A stretch of DNA of 63,573 nt, filler included, from Choristocarpus tenellus KU-1152 (taxonomy: Eukaryota > Protista > Phaeophyceae), in the NCBI GenBank assembly GCA_964200185.2. It is 13 parts of 13 records of this genome, joined end to end, with 100 filler letters (N's around TTAATTAATTAA, not from the genome) between each part and the next. Parts side by side here need not be neighbours in the genome. Positions count along the whole stretch, not along the records: positions 50,453 to 54,276 come from CAXNAD020017722.1; positions 54,377 to 57,080 come from CAXNAD020025479.1; positions 57,181 to 60,895 come from CAXNAD020018337.1; positions 60,996 to 63,573 come from CAXNAD020026605.1; 9 more parts are not named here. One strand, 5' to 3'. The notes under the pieces are model-generated. The model made no database searches and was not told the origin of the DNA. It was given only the letters and a program-made list of their open reading frames with translations. The position numbers and the translations under genes are program-made. Positions 51,880 through 63,377 of this stretch are shown here, in pieces. Position 1 is the stretch's first letter. Each line of letters begins with the position of its first letter.

Positions 51880-54444
51880 ATCTGTCAATTAACTAATTTG
51901 TCTTCTTACAGGAACATGTATTGCAATACTATGGAGATCAACAACAACACGTGATTTCACTGAGCCACTGGCTCACCTTGCATTGATATGGTAGGGACAA
52001 AGCATGATATAATGTGTCTGGTAATTGAGCACATGGGCCCTTACCATTGTGCCCTGGAATGAACAAGGTTTTTTCGTGTTATTCATAGCTGGAGCTAATG
52101 TACCATAAAAATCATGAAGAAATTTGTATCTAAATGAAAGACTGGTAGCAGGTAATAGGCGACTTCACACAGAATGGGTCTAAGCAACTAAATTCCGAGC
52201 AAAACACATCTAGGGAATTCATAATTCCCAACTCCTTAAGAAAGGGAAACGAACCCTAACTTACTGACACAAAAGTTGAGACACTGATGAAAAAGGGTTT
52301 AAAGAAAACTAACTACATCGCCCCCTCCCTAAAATGCAAAACCAATATTACACATGGCATGTAACCTCTAACCTAACACAGCTGTTTGGGTGCTCTGGAG
52401 ACATTAACTGTAGTCGCAGAGGGACACAATGAAGTATAAATGTATCATTCACACAGCATGCATGACTGGTAAAGACAACCTACTCACAAACACACACACA
52501 CAAATCGATCATATATGTTAATATTTCAAAGAGTATGTTGTGCATCCTTTCAATAGACAGGCTTCAGCAAAGGCCACCAAAGTTGGTGAGTAGTACTGGG
52601 ACACACATATAACGAGTGGTAGGGTGTATGTGTTGGATACATTTTGTGTAATCCCACCAGCATCACTATATTTCTTACGCTGCACCTCATAGATATGCAA
52701 GGATAAGTTGGTTAATACCTATGTGTGCATGTAGTGGTGAGGGCTTTGTCCTACTCAAGTCGCTGTGTACCATTCTAGTGCAGATAACAAACATCGACAC
52801 CAGTATGAGCAGTCATTTTAAAATACTCTGAATAACACAGGAGTCTCTAACCTTCTTAAATGTGGGTGGAAGATAGGAAAGCACTATCGTGGCTACTGTG
52901 TGGAGTACAAGACGAAGTAGCGACCGACTGGTATCTAAATGTCCTCTTTCAAAGATGGCGTGGTAAATACAAATGGCTCTTGGGATGCTTCCCTACCTCT
53001 TCACCCACTCGTGTAGGGCTAAGCTAGGTTAGAAGCATAGCAGTGTAAACATTACATTGCAATTACCAACCTTCAAGGAGGTTTTTTAGTACGTTGCTAG
53101 TGTTCAAAACATAAAAGGAGAGGTGTCTCTAGCATTTACAACTGTTACTTTTACAGGGGTCCTTACGGTATCTGATTGTCTTTTTCCTTGACATATCCAC
53201 AAAATATCAGCGGGCATAATATAAAAAATATAGGATCAATGGAATTGGTAGAGCAGTATGCATGTGAAAGAAACCGATAACGATACCAATTATTGAATAC
53301 ATATCATCATCAGTAAATAAATTGGCTTTCTAACTTATGTCATACCGATCCCCCCTATAAACCCGGTTGGTGGGAATATCCGATTTATCCTCAAAATCGG
53401 CAATCCACCAAATTTCTGCCTATATTTACTTCCCTGCTTGTTGAATACATACATACATCCCAGGAAGGATGTATATTGAAGAGTTAGTTGTATTAGGAGA
53501 CCACTGTTCATTCACAGTCAGTCTGACATTGTCTCCCTCTCCATCCATCTGCACCCATTGCGATCATGCCCTCCCTCACCAAAGGGTATGGCAATTGCAG
53601 GCAACGTTGTAGGGTCTGTTCCAACGATTACAACTGGTGCCATGACGTATGATGTGATACGACAGACTGCCTTCAGAACTATAGGGGTTGCTGGACCCAA
53701 TGGCATCTGTTTGGGCAAACCTTAGAACATAACCAAAGCCTCTTCATTAACTATTGGCATTGTTAGAGTTCATCACATACAAACACATGTCCTTGCCATG
53801 CTCCACAACTACCTGTGTACAAGCATACAACAAAAGAAAAGTAGTGCAGCACCACACACCCTGCAGCCTAAGGCTCCCTTCCCATGCTCTCTTACACAAG
53901 GGGACTCAAGCCTCCACCCCACCCCTCACATCACATTCTGGAACACCCTCTATATCGTAGAACACATTGCTATACAATCACCAACTAACGAGAATTCTGT
54001 ATATTTTATTTCTTCACACTATCATCCACATACTATCACTCAACTGCATGCAAACACAAACACACACGACCATGTACATGAGACAGGCATACAGTATGCC
54101 AAATCAAATTCCATGCTTTTCTAGTCTCCACTAAAGGGTACACTGCTTTTTGCCACGGTTTTAGCTCAAAGAACACAAAACATATTTTTGAGCACCTTTA
54201 CATGACCACTAGAACATAAACATAGTTTGGATATCTGGGAGGGTGGGGGGGCTGCCCGTTGCGCTGCAACAGATACNNNNNNNNNNNNNNNNNNNNNNNN
54301 NNNNNNNNNNNNNNNNNNNNTTAATTAATTAANNNNNNNNNNNNNNNNNNNNNNNNNNNNNNNNNNNNNNNNNNNNTTTTTTTTTTTACGCCAGCCCCCC
54401 CCCCACACCCCCCCCCTCCCCCCCCCCCCGCCCCTCTGCTTCTT

Positions 54445-54501
<57 letters not shown>

Positions 54502-55982
54502 ATGTGGAGCTAGAGACAGGAACGTGGGGAGGCGAGGGAGTATAATGGGTAGGGTTTGGTGATGTGTTATTGTTGGTAGTGGGTTGGGGCATGATGGCTG
54601 CCAAAATGGTAGGCAGTCTTAACTGTTGTGACGTGAAACTGTGTTGATTCAGACTGGTTGCTGTTGCTGCTGTTGTGATATGGAAATGAGAAGACTAGCA
54701 TGCACATCACGGTTTACTTGTTGAAAAGGAAGGCGAGCACAGTGCACACTCTGGCATGTTTTGTTGTTGTAGCAGTTACTATATTGTTCAGGACCAACCG
54801 CATTGTGAGGAGGGGGAGGGGGAGGGGGAAGGGGAAGCTCGACAAATATCTTCACGAGCTTGTTCTGAGTTTTCCCTTAGGGGGACAGTGAACATTATGT
54901 ATTTTATTATTTTGACCTTGATATTTGGTGCACAATCTACAGCTGTCTGTGAGCCTGCAGATTCTTCTTCCTTAAGTCAAATTCTCCTCTGTAGACTCTT
55001 GGGGCCTGTGAAAGGTTTTTGGGATGTGGCTTGACTTGCTGGCGTTAAGAATAATTACATCTGATGTTCCCCTTTGGTGAAGCACTTCAATGGTAGGTTA
55101 GAAGTTTTCTTTCACATTGGTGGACCAATACTGTCTCGTAGGTCTGGACCATTCTTGACTGTTTGCGTTTCATGGTTCCAAATCAAAACTTTTTCTGAAG
55201 TCCAGACCTTTCTTTTTGGTGCGTATTCGGTATATGCTGAGATGGAACAAGGTGCCAACTGTGCTTCACTATTGGGATATGTCCGTATGTGTTGATATAC
55301 ATGATGGTGTCTCACTATGTATATGACAGTTTCACTACGTTTGTACGATCAACCTTTTATTTATTTTTTACGTTAGAGTATCTTTTTCTTATATTTCAAG
55401 GTCTGCCCCGATATGGCGACATCATTACCGTGCAGAAGTTAGTTGTCAAGGGTGAAACACTTGAAACACTTCGCTTAGAAGCGTTTGTCTTGGATGTTGA
55501 GGACAGATTGTCCACAACTGATAAAAGCTTTTGCTTCTGATCAAAGAATCCTAATTTTTCTTTCCTGCCCTCTTTTTCCCAGTCCCTTTTCATAATGTAC
55601 CTGCTTGGGTATATTTTGCCATGTGAAGATAAAAAAAGTGATGTTTTGGTGGTTGATGTAAGCTTTGCTGTCATGAGAAACCTCAATTCTATCCCATCCC
55701 TCCCGTTTTTCTATTTCCCCTCCCTGTCCCTTCAACTGGATCCCTCCTTTCCTGCCCTTTCATGTTGATCCGCCGAACAGGCTGTATGATAATTTTTTTA
55801 ATGCATTTTTGTGGTTTGTTTGTATACTGTGTACTCTTGCTGTATTTCATCTCACCTTCCGCATGAACTCATACCCTTGTCTCCTCCCTTAGCCATGTAA
55901 CTCTTGTCCAATCTTTAACCACCTCTACCCCCCCTCTGTGTTTGTTTGCTCAATTGTTGACTTGGTTGTTTGTGTTTTGCAG

Positions 55983-57080
55983 GAGATGGTTTCAGGTGTG
56001 GTGCGTACTTTCAAGGACCACAGCAACTTGGCGCTGACTCTTGATGACAGCGAGCGCATTGCCAAGAAACTTGGACAGATCGTTCTGACGCTAGTGATGT
56101 TTATTCTTGTGGTGAGCAAGGCAGATATTTCCCCCCCACGCCCACCCCCCCCCCCCCAGCCAATCATTTCTGACACACTTAGTCTGGATTGCTGTTGTGA
56201 TAAGTGGGAGTTTTCCTTCATTCGTAGCAGGCGTTGAGGCAATTTTGTTATATTGTTCAAGGTAACTTGCTAAGAAACAAAAGTGCGGCCAGGAGAGATG
56301 ATGGCTTTTTTCTTCTAACAATATTTTTTCTTTTTTTGAATAAGCCGACATTGTATGCCCTGTCAGTCAGAACCAAGTTTTTATTTGTCCGTGCTGAAGA
56401 AGGAATATAACTCACCCTGTTGTGGTCAAGGGAATACTTCAAAGAGGTGTAAATTTCTTCTTCAAATTTGAGGCATGCCTCTATTTTGTGCAACACAGTT
56501 CTCTGGCTGTTTGTTGGGAATTCAAGCACAGCAAAGGTACACCTCTTGTTGACAGATTGCACAATTCACTCATTGCTGTTGCGGTATATTTAATTACAAG
56601 TGTTGCATTGACATCAATTAGTGTGATGATACCTTCTGTACTTCAACATACACAAAGTGACATGTAATTTGGTAACACGCTGGGCAATTGCACCTAGTGT
56701 TGGGCATCAGAGTGATATCTTAGATTTTTAGCACATCACAGATGTAGGTGCCACCAAGCATACAGAGTGTGATCCCCTGTGCGGCTCTGATAGATCTTTC
56801 CACCTCTACAAAATCAAAGTATTGCAACTTTTTTTACCCTGGCCTACTCCTTTTGACTGTTGTCCTTGCCTCCCTCCCACCATTTGTTAGTTTGTGTGGC
56901 TATCCATCTGGGGGCAGGATGTGGTGACCCTCAGTGTGACCTTTGCAACCTTCCTGATTGCCATCTCATTCATGATTGGTGATGTGGCATCAAACCTCTT
57001 CACCTCAATGGTCTTTATCTTTGTTATGCGGGTGTTTGATGTGGGAGACCGTATTCTCATATACACTGACCGACCTGGGG
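55983..57080 (+). CDS. MscS-like (MSL) mechanosensitive channel, internal exons 55983-56111 and 56891->57080 (runs into the gap)
   Basis: EMVSGVVRTFKDHSNLALTLDDSERIAKKL..LIAISFMIGDVASNLFTSMVFIFVMRVFDVGDRILI matches the eukaryotic MscS-like SF.IG..F.S.IF.F..FDVGDR motif; canonical splice sites. Confidence 0.88.
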
Positions 57081-57180
57081 NNNNNNNNNNNNNNNNNNNN
57101 NNNNNNNNNNNNNNNNNNNNNNNNTTAATTAATTAANNNNNNNNNNNNNNNNNNNNNNNNNNNNNNNNNNNNNNNNNNNN

Positions 57181-57271
57181 CGGATGAATAATGAAAATGC
57201 CCTTTTCCCGATTTTGACCCAAATGAACACCCCTGTGTAGGTCCCCCCCCTCCCCCCAGATACTTTGGGTC
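57181..57271. mobile_element. MITE family A, partial at contig edge (similar edge fragments at 40761-40775, 43651-43713, 61091-61105)
   Basis: CCCCAGATACTTTGGGTC end and A-type interior. Confidence 0.85.
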
Positions 57272-58099
57272 AGAACAGTATGAAGTGAGGAAGGTGAAAG
57301 GCGGATTGATCATCCAAGCAGAAAGGAAGGTCCTTGCCACCAATCCTCCCAAGGTAATTTGCACAATAACAATAATACAAAATTCATAACCAAAGTGAAA
57401 AATTAAATGGGCAAGATATGCACTTTCACAAATTCTTAACCCTCACATAACTTAGAATACATCGTAGACTTCTTCATGGATAGATGTACATCAAAACAAT
57501 CATTTTCAATGTAGAAATACTGAACATAGAAAACCAAAATGAATTTGATCATACACATCAACCAAGAAATTGCTTTCTACTTCACACATATATAAAAAAA
57601 TAATAGAATATATCAAAATAATCACGCCAACTAATACAAAGCCAAATACAATATAACATAATTGACATAGACGACGATTACAAGTTGAAGTTTGCAGAGA
57701 TCATAAATCTAATCTAATATTTGTTTTGTTATATAGTTGTGGTACAAATCATTTAATTTTGGTGACTCTTCAGTTAGAATAATTTCAAGTTGATCAAAAT
57801 ATGAATGTTTTTTGGACTCGATGAATACCCCAATCATTTATCACTAGTGCTACTACTACCATCTATTTCACCCTAAAACTAGTCAGTCTACGCTAAAAAA
57901 AAAGGAATTCGATAATCCCCATGAACCATGAAATCACACAAACTACCATTCCACATATCATACAAAACAATCCTCTGGGCTACGTGGGCATCTGAATCAA
58001 GTCAAAGATGAGGAAGTGAGTGAGTAGGCTGCGAAGTCAATCTTTGCAGAGGTCGCGGAGGGGGGTTCAGGATTAGTTTGTTAGTTGTGCTAGCAAATC

Positions 58100-58983
58100 A
58101 TTATCTTTAAGTTGGTCTTCCAGTTTGAAGATGCTCACAACTACTAACCCGAAAACGGTCCTCCGTTACGCGTTCATGAAGGAGCGAGTAGTGCAGCCAC
58201 TGCACACCTGCAACATAGTCCTTGTCACCCAGAAAATACTATGGATATCACACCACTACTGTGTCTGCGTTTTGTCGGAGTATATAGCAACGAACGAGTG
58301 AGTGTAGTGGAGGAGTGTGGTGGAGTGTATTCAGGGGTAGAGGTGCAATTTTTAATATATCGTGTCTACTCTATATCGTTTTTGAGACACCCTTTTCTGT
58401 TCACCTGAACCACTTAATGGTCTAACTATCGCCTTGTTTTCCCCTACGAAACGACCGTATATCACAAGCAACATTTAGGTCAGTCCTGTACAAAATATTC
58501 TCCTCCTTCCTCCCTGTTTCGACCACAAGTGCAAACCACTGGACTTCTTTCAATGTGTAAAATTAAACAATTATATGGTGATCAGATTTAGTGTGATTTA
58601 TTTTTGCCAAACGATTTTGTCGCTGCTGAGAACTTAACTAGTTTTCATTTCACCTAGTGTGAGTTAGGGGCGATGGCATCTTCGATCAACGGGACACTTG
58701 CCAAGCGGGATCGACGAGGATATATTTCGTCTGATCTGGAGATCATTCAACTTTTTCCGGAGTAACCCTTGACCCGTGAACTAAGTAACTGAACACATTT
58801 CCTGGGGAAGGACGTTGTTGTAGCTGGTATCGCAAATATTGTCCTTCTTATCTGCCAATAGATACAGTTGAGAGCCTGAAAGAATTGAACATCAGTGTCA
58901 CCATCTCTTCGCATTACGGATCAGAATCACCTCTTCGTCATATTGAAGATCGCATGCCTACATAGCTAGCTTTGTTAGATTGA
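58100..58983 (+). pseudogene. Virophage minor capsid protein (penton), degenerate
   Basis: FRSVLYKIFSSF (58474-58509) resembles FN..LY.LFSSF. PSYLPIDTVESLKELNISVTISSHYGSESPL (58843-58935) resembles the C-terminal Y..IDL..PL..IDISV....YG...PL. Lies immediately upstream of the MCP. By-eye match to remembered consensus. Confidence 0.7.
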
Positions 58984-59009
58984 TAAACTTTCATCTCACA
59001 CCTGACCTG

Positions 59010-60850
59010 CTATTCTCACACTTTTAGTATCCGTCTTTGTTCGATACCTCGGCTGTGCAGATGATTAATTCAGTTTAGTACCTGCTCTGGATAGATGAAA
59101 GCGTGGAACAGGAATTCCTTTGTAGATTTCAGGAACAACTTCAAATACACTTAGTACAACGTTCAGCACTGAAGTCAATCCTATGAAAACTCAGATAGGA
59201 CAATCTTTCCTGTTTCGAAACGTACATTTGATACCGAGTACGCTATACCCTAGAAGAAGTATTAGTCTGTAGTAGTGTCTTCAGCGTTTTATGCTTCGAA
59301 GTGTATGGATCGGGTGTGTCAGAGGTATCTAGACATGACGTAAATAACTTGTGGGAAATGTGTCTACTTCGCTGCATACTCATCCTTGTCATACATTGTG
59401 CTCCTTCCTCTGTGGTGGGATGCTGCTATTTTTCTTGCATTGTTTGCAACGTCAAACTAAACAGTATTGATCTCCCGCCTTCGACCTTTGTTGCGGTACT
59501 TCTCAGAATTTCTAGACATTGAAAATTTCCCACGAAGACAGAACCTAGAAGTTGGCAATTGGACGAGCAGGATGACGCTATGGCAGCTACCAGCAGACCG
59601 TGTTCGGAATTACACTTGTTCTTCATACAGATTATTGGGATAGTCCTAACATTACAAGATTGTGCGGGAATTCTTCTATTTGGTGGTCCTTTATGTGTTC
59701 AGGGCAACAGAGTTGTGTTTCCTTGGATGAAAGTCAAAGTCTGAAAAGCCATATTTTGCAGGGTTCCTTTCCTTCTTGTTCATCCGATGAGTTGTCTGTG
59801 AAGTGTATATATTTTAATGTAGTAAGGATCTATGCTGGCCAGTCTGTATCTGCGCCTCTTGCCAGGAAGGAAAATGGAGGTCGCAGCTCGTATCCATGCG
59901 TCTCTCACACTTAGTAGAGACACGAAGCAAATAGATCTGACCTACGTTGTTACTTTTGTGCTGAAATCCTGATTAGCCTATATTGTCTCAATGGGACAAT
60001 TGAATAGCCACTCAACAAGAAACTATTGCTGAAACTCGTGAAATCTTCATGCCGACATACTTCACACACTAAAATCGTATTTACATAGCAGGTGTTTCAG
60101 AGTCTTAATTGTTGTTGGTCTGAGAGTGATGAGCACTCTGTTGCTCAGCCAAGCAGCGAAGGAGGACACCAGCTATTCACCTGCACCGTTTGTTACCAAC
60201 CCAACTGATGCATGCGATAGCCGTTGGAGCTCTTGGCCTGCCATTCAGGACAACGGACTAAAAAACAACAATGTTGTGATCTACAGAACTTTCCCATCAG
60301 TTGGTAACCTATTCCTGACGATTTTGCAAGTGATAAAGGTGAGAACTTTGAACATCACTGCCACCAACAAGTATACATGGTCTAACAAAGGTTGTGTCTC
60401 CTTTATGATCTTGGTGCTCATCGTTACAATAATGTCTGATAACCTCGCAGGTATGCTTCTCTCTGGAAATAGCAGTGATATTGGAAAATTCAGAATTCCA
60501 GGCTTTTGGTTCTGCCCTAACAACAAATGTGATCCGTTGGGATATTGATCCGGCACCCTTCATTCAAGAGGTGGTTGACACTAAGAATGGTGGGTCAGAA
60601 TTGAAGGGAACCACTTTCATGACTCTCACACTTGACACCCTGACCCCTCGTGTTTGAGAGCGGTGGTGTAGGTCACGTTTTTCTTGGGGATGTAATTCGA
60701 ATTCACCAACTGCTAGTTATTCGTTAAAGTTGGTATGTGTAATATCACAGATCTCACGGAATAATTCTTTGTGTTGGGATGATTTCTTGTATCCTCTATG
60801 GACCGTGGGAGATCTCTGTAACATTATCAAAGTAACGAAAAGCGGTGCAT
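59010..60850 (+). pseudogene. Virophage major capsid protein (double jelly-roll), degenerate, about 600 codons
   Basis: Colinear motifs: PRL (59047); NSFVDF/GTTSNTLSTTFSTEVNPMKTQIGQSFL (59113-59212); CNVKLNS..FVAVLLRI (59445-59510); KNNNVVIYRTFPSVGNLFL (60261); VTIMSDNLAGMLLSGNSS (60423); IDPAP..GTTFMTLTL (60544); YSLKLVCVISQI (60718). Order and spacing fit Sputnik-type MCPs as I recall them. Confidence 0.8.
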
Positions 60851-61105
60851 GTTTACCGCTGTGTAATCTTGGGAGGTATTTTTTTCAACTTCGTTNNNNN
60901 NNNNNNNNNNNNNNNNNNNNNNNNNNNNNNNNNNNNNNNTTAATTAATTAANNNNNNNNNNNNNNNNNNNNNNNNNNNNNNNNNNNNNNNNNNNNTTTTT
61001 TAATGACACCGCGCCCCCGAAATACCACCCCCCCTCCCCCCCCCCCCCCCCCCCACTTCCTCTCGCACACCCCCCCCCCCCCCCCCCCCCCAGATACTTT
61101 AGGTC

Positions 61106-61510
61106 AGACAACATCAAGACTCAGTGAGGCCGTGGATAAACGAAGTGTCCTTCACCTCTCTTGTTTATGTGGAATAGTATTTTTTGAGTTGGAGATGCAT
61201 GTTGAAGTGAATCCTTGCACCTTGCAACAGATGGCGAAAAGGGAGTTTTTGAGTCTTTCAGTGCTTCGACGTTTATGGTGCAGACGGACACGAGAAAAAT
61301 CCTTGACTGATGCCTGTGCATTATTTCACTTCTCGGCACCAACAATGCTGACAACAAATCCAGAATATAGGGTTGTTCAGCACAATTAAATGACTGTACT
61401 TGTAGAAAGATGTGTCGAATAGACCTATCTCATGGAGTACATTTAAAGTGGAGGTTGTGTGTGCTGTTTCTATGATGCACCATGATGTTTGGATCATAAT
61501 AATATATTAA
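61106..61510 (+). pseudogene. Virophage FtsK/HerA-type packaging ATPase, C-terminal half; 5' part lost to a MITE end and the gap
   Basis: Decayed Walker-B-like GIVFFELE (61171); DTRKILD*CLCII (61287) resembling TR.ILNE...I; SWSTFK..HHDVWII* (ends 61510) resembling RWV.I.K..P....E.EI..L. Confidence 0.65.
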
Positions 61511-61599
61511 TACGATTTCCAGATGAAACTCGAAAGGATCCACTTTGACACTGGGTAAGAATGTTCATCAATTCCTCCTACCTCGCACAAACAACAGAA

Positions 61600-62020
61600 A
61601 GGTCAATGCCTTCAAGTAAAACTTCCTCAGGTGGTGATGAAATGCCCCTGAATTTTTCTTATCAACCCGCCAAATTTCACAAGACAACAATCGCAACCAA
61701 CAAGAAACACGCCCGACAGGATGAACTGCCAAACACATGCTATGCGTATATCTTGGTCCAATCAATCCCCAACCGACCAATCACACCACGGTTAGATGGT
61801 CGCCCCTATGGACAAGATCAAACCTACCATTCCAGTCCAATTCAATCAAGAGATCATAACCTCCTCTTCATACACAACTCACCCACTACTACTGCCTACC
61901 ACAAAACAACACTAGCGGGCGAGAAATCCTATCAGGAGGCACTAGAGTGTAGAGAGTAATCTATCTAGCAGGTAGGGCTTCAATATGTCCGATTAGAAGA
62001 AAGTGGATGAGTAGTCTCTC
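61600..62020 (-). pseudogene. Virophage maturation cysteine protease (adenain/Ulp1-like), degenerate
   Basis: PLVLF...WVSCV*RG..IELDWNG (Trp at 61885-61883) resembles HWVC..R..IEYFDSYG, with the His codon lost. IDWTKIYA*HVFGSSSC/GRVSCWLRLL (Cys codon 61718-61716, 1-nt frameshift, stop at the expected Gln) resembles YN...Q....TCGR....R. Confidence 0.65.
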
Positions 62021-63098
62021 ACATGATATTGTACAATACCCCTGACCTCTTTTGTACTTATTACAATACAAAACACACTACTCCTACAACAAATAATTTG
62101 GATAATAACTAAATCCATCCATATGATTACTTATTAGACCGACAAACTACAGAGCCCAGTGCAGGTCAGGAATCTGTTGTCACTGCTCAATGCTGGACTT
62201 GTGTCCCTGTTGAAGAGATAAGAGGGATGGGTGTGTTGCATACCAGGCACCAGTCGCCTTTATTAATCACTACAATGATTATTTCGTCTCCAACAACACC
62301 TCTGTTCTCCTCCACGAAAAAAACTCATCATTCTTAACACAACCGTCACATTTCAAGGAGGAACCATTTGCAGCCCAATTCCACAACCGCATTCAACATA
62401 GGAGGAACAAACGCCGCAATTCTGAGAAGAACTTAGCAAATCAAGAAAGGCAATCATCACGCCAGGTTTATTTTAGCAAAACAGACAGTAACGAAAATAC
62501 GCACAGCGGCCAACCATGTACGCAATTCCAAAAGAGTCAACACACCCTTTCGTTTGCCTTTATTTATGGGCTACGCAGACAAATGCGATTTGTCTCTTTC
62601 CCATTCTCAATGGTTTATTCCCCCAGCAGTAGATACTTCACCACTATACACCGTTCCAAAAGCAGCACTCACAGTGAATCACCACAATGACACATGGTCT
62701 CCTGTGTAAAAAAAAAAAGACACCTTAAAGAACATTACAGCTTTGCTACTGCACAATGACCTCTTAACTAAATAATAATAAAATGAGGACGGCAGCAGGG
62801 GCAACTTCAGTGGCACACAGTGTGTCAGAAGAACAGAGGAGACGTGTATGAAAGTCTGGGATCCAGGTACATGACAAGAGCCGCGGAATTTAGTTAATTG
62901 AGCAAGAGAGGAGTTGGGGGTCTATGCTGAAGATGATGCAAGGAGGTGGTTCCTTGCTCCCAGCACACCATGGGGATCCAGAGCTTTCTTCATTCCCTCT
63001 ACCATAGCTGACACAGCAGGAGAGGACATCCTGGACATAAAACCTGATCAGAACCAGACGTAGATGTGGGAGAGGTGCAGACATCAAGAGTAGTGAAA

Positions 63099-63358
63099 AA
63101 TTCAAAGTATCTTAGAGGGTTAGGGCCGCATCCATTTGGGGGACAAAGTCCAATGTTGCGGATTGGACGTATTTTTGGCTATCGTGTTTGCTAGGAAGTG
63201 TCAATATTATTGTTCTAGGCACACCTTTTCATAATGTATACATTTTTCCTACCCCTAAACATTTTGGAGTAGGAAAATGTCATTAAAAAAAACATGGGAA
63301 ACCAAGCCCCAAATGGACAAACAAGGCAAAACTCGTACCCTCTAAGATACTTTCAGTC
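63099..63358. mobile_element. MITE family B
   Basis: TCAAAGTATCTTAGAGGGT...ACCCTCTAAGATACTTTCAGTC; TSD GAAA/GAAG. Confidence 0.9.
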
Positions 63359-63377
63359 GAAGGATACAAAGGTGTTT

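Larger units (their letters stand above)
58100..62020. mobile_element. Pseudogenised endogenous virophage (Maveriviricetes/Lavidaviridae-like) morphogenesis module; true extent may be about 57360-62710
   Basis: Four adjacent intron-less degenerate genes carry virophage core-gene motifs: penton, MCP and ATPase on plus, cysteine protease on minus. One scaffold gap lies inside. Confidence 0.8.

Noticed and set aside
55141-55540. Short open segments upstream of the MscS exons as further MscS exons
   Set aside because: No MscS or EF-hand motif and no phase-consistent splice path that I could establish.
59470-59500. RLRPLL as a piggyBac transposase motif
   Set aside because: No other piggyBac motifs or TTAA ends; the overlapping frame fits the ordered virophage MCP motifs.
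58100-60850. Polinton/PLV or phaeovirus capsid genes instead of virophage
   Set aside because: Motif order, the roughly 600-codon MCP and the penton-MCP tandem fit Sputnik-type virophages better. Disfavoured, but not excluded without an HMM search.
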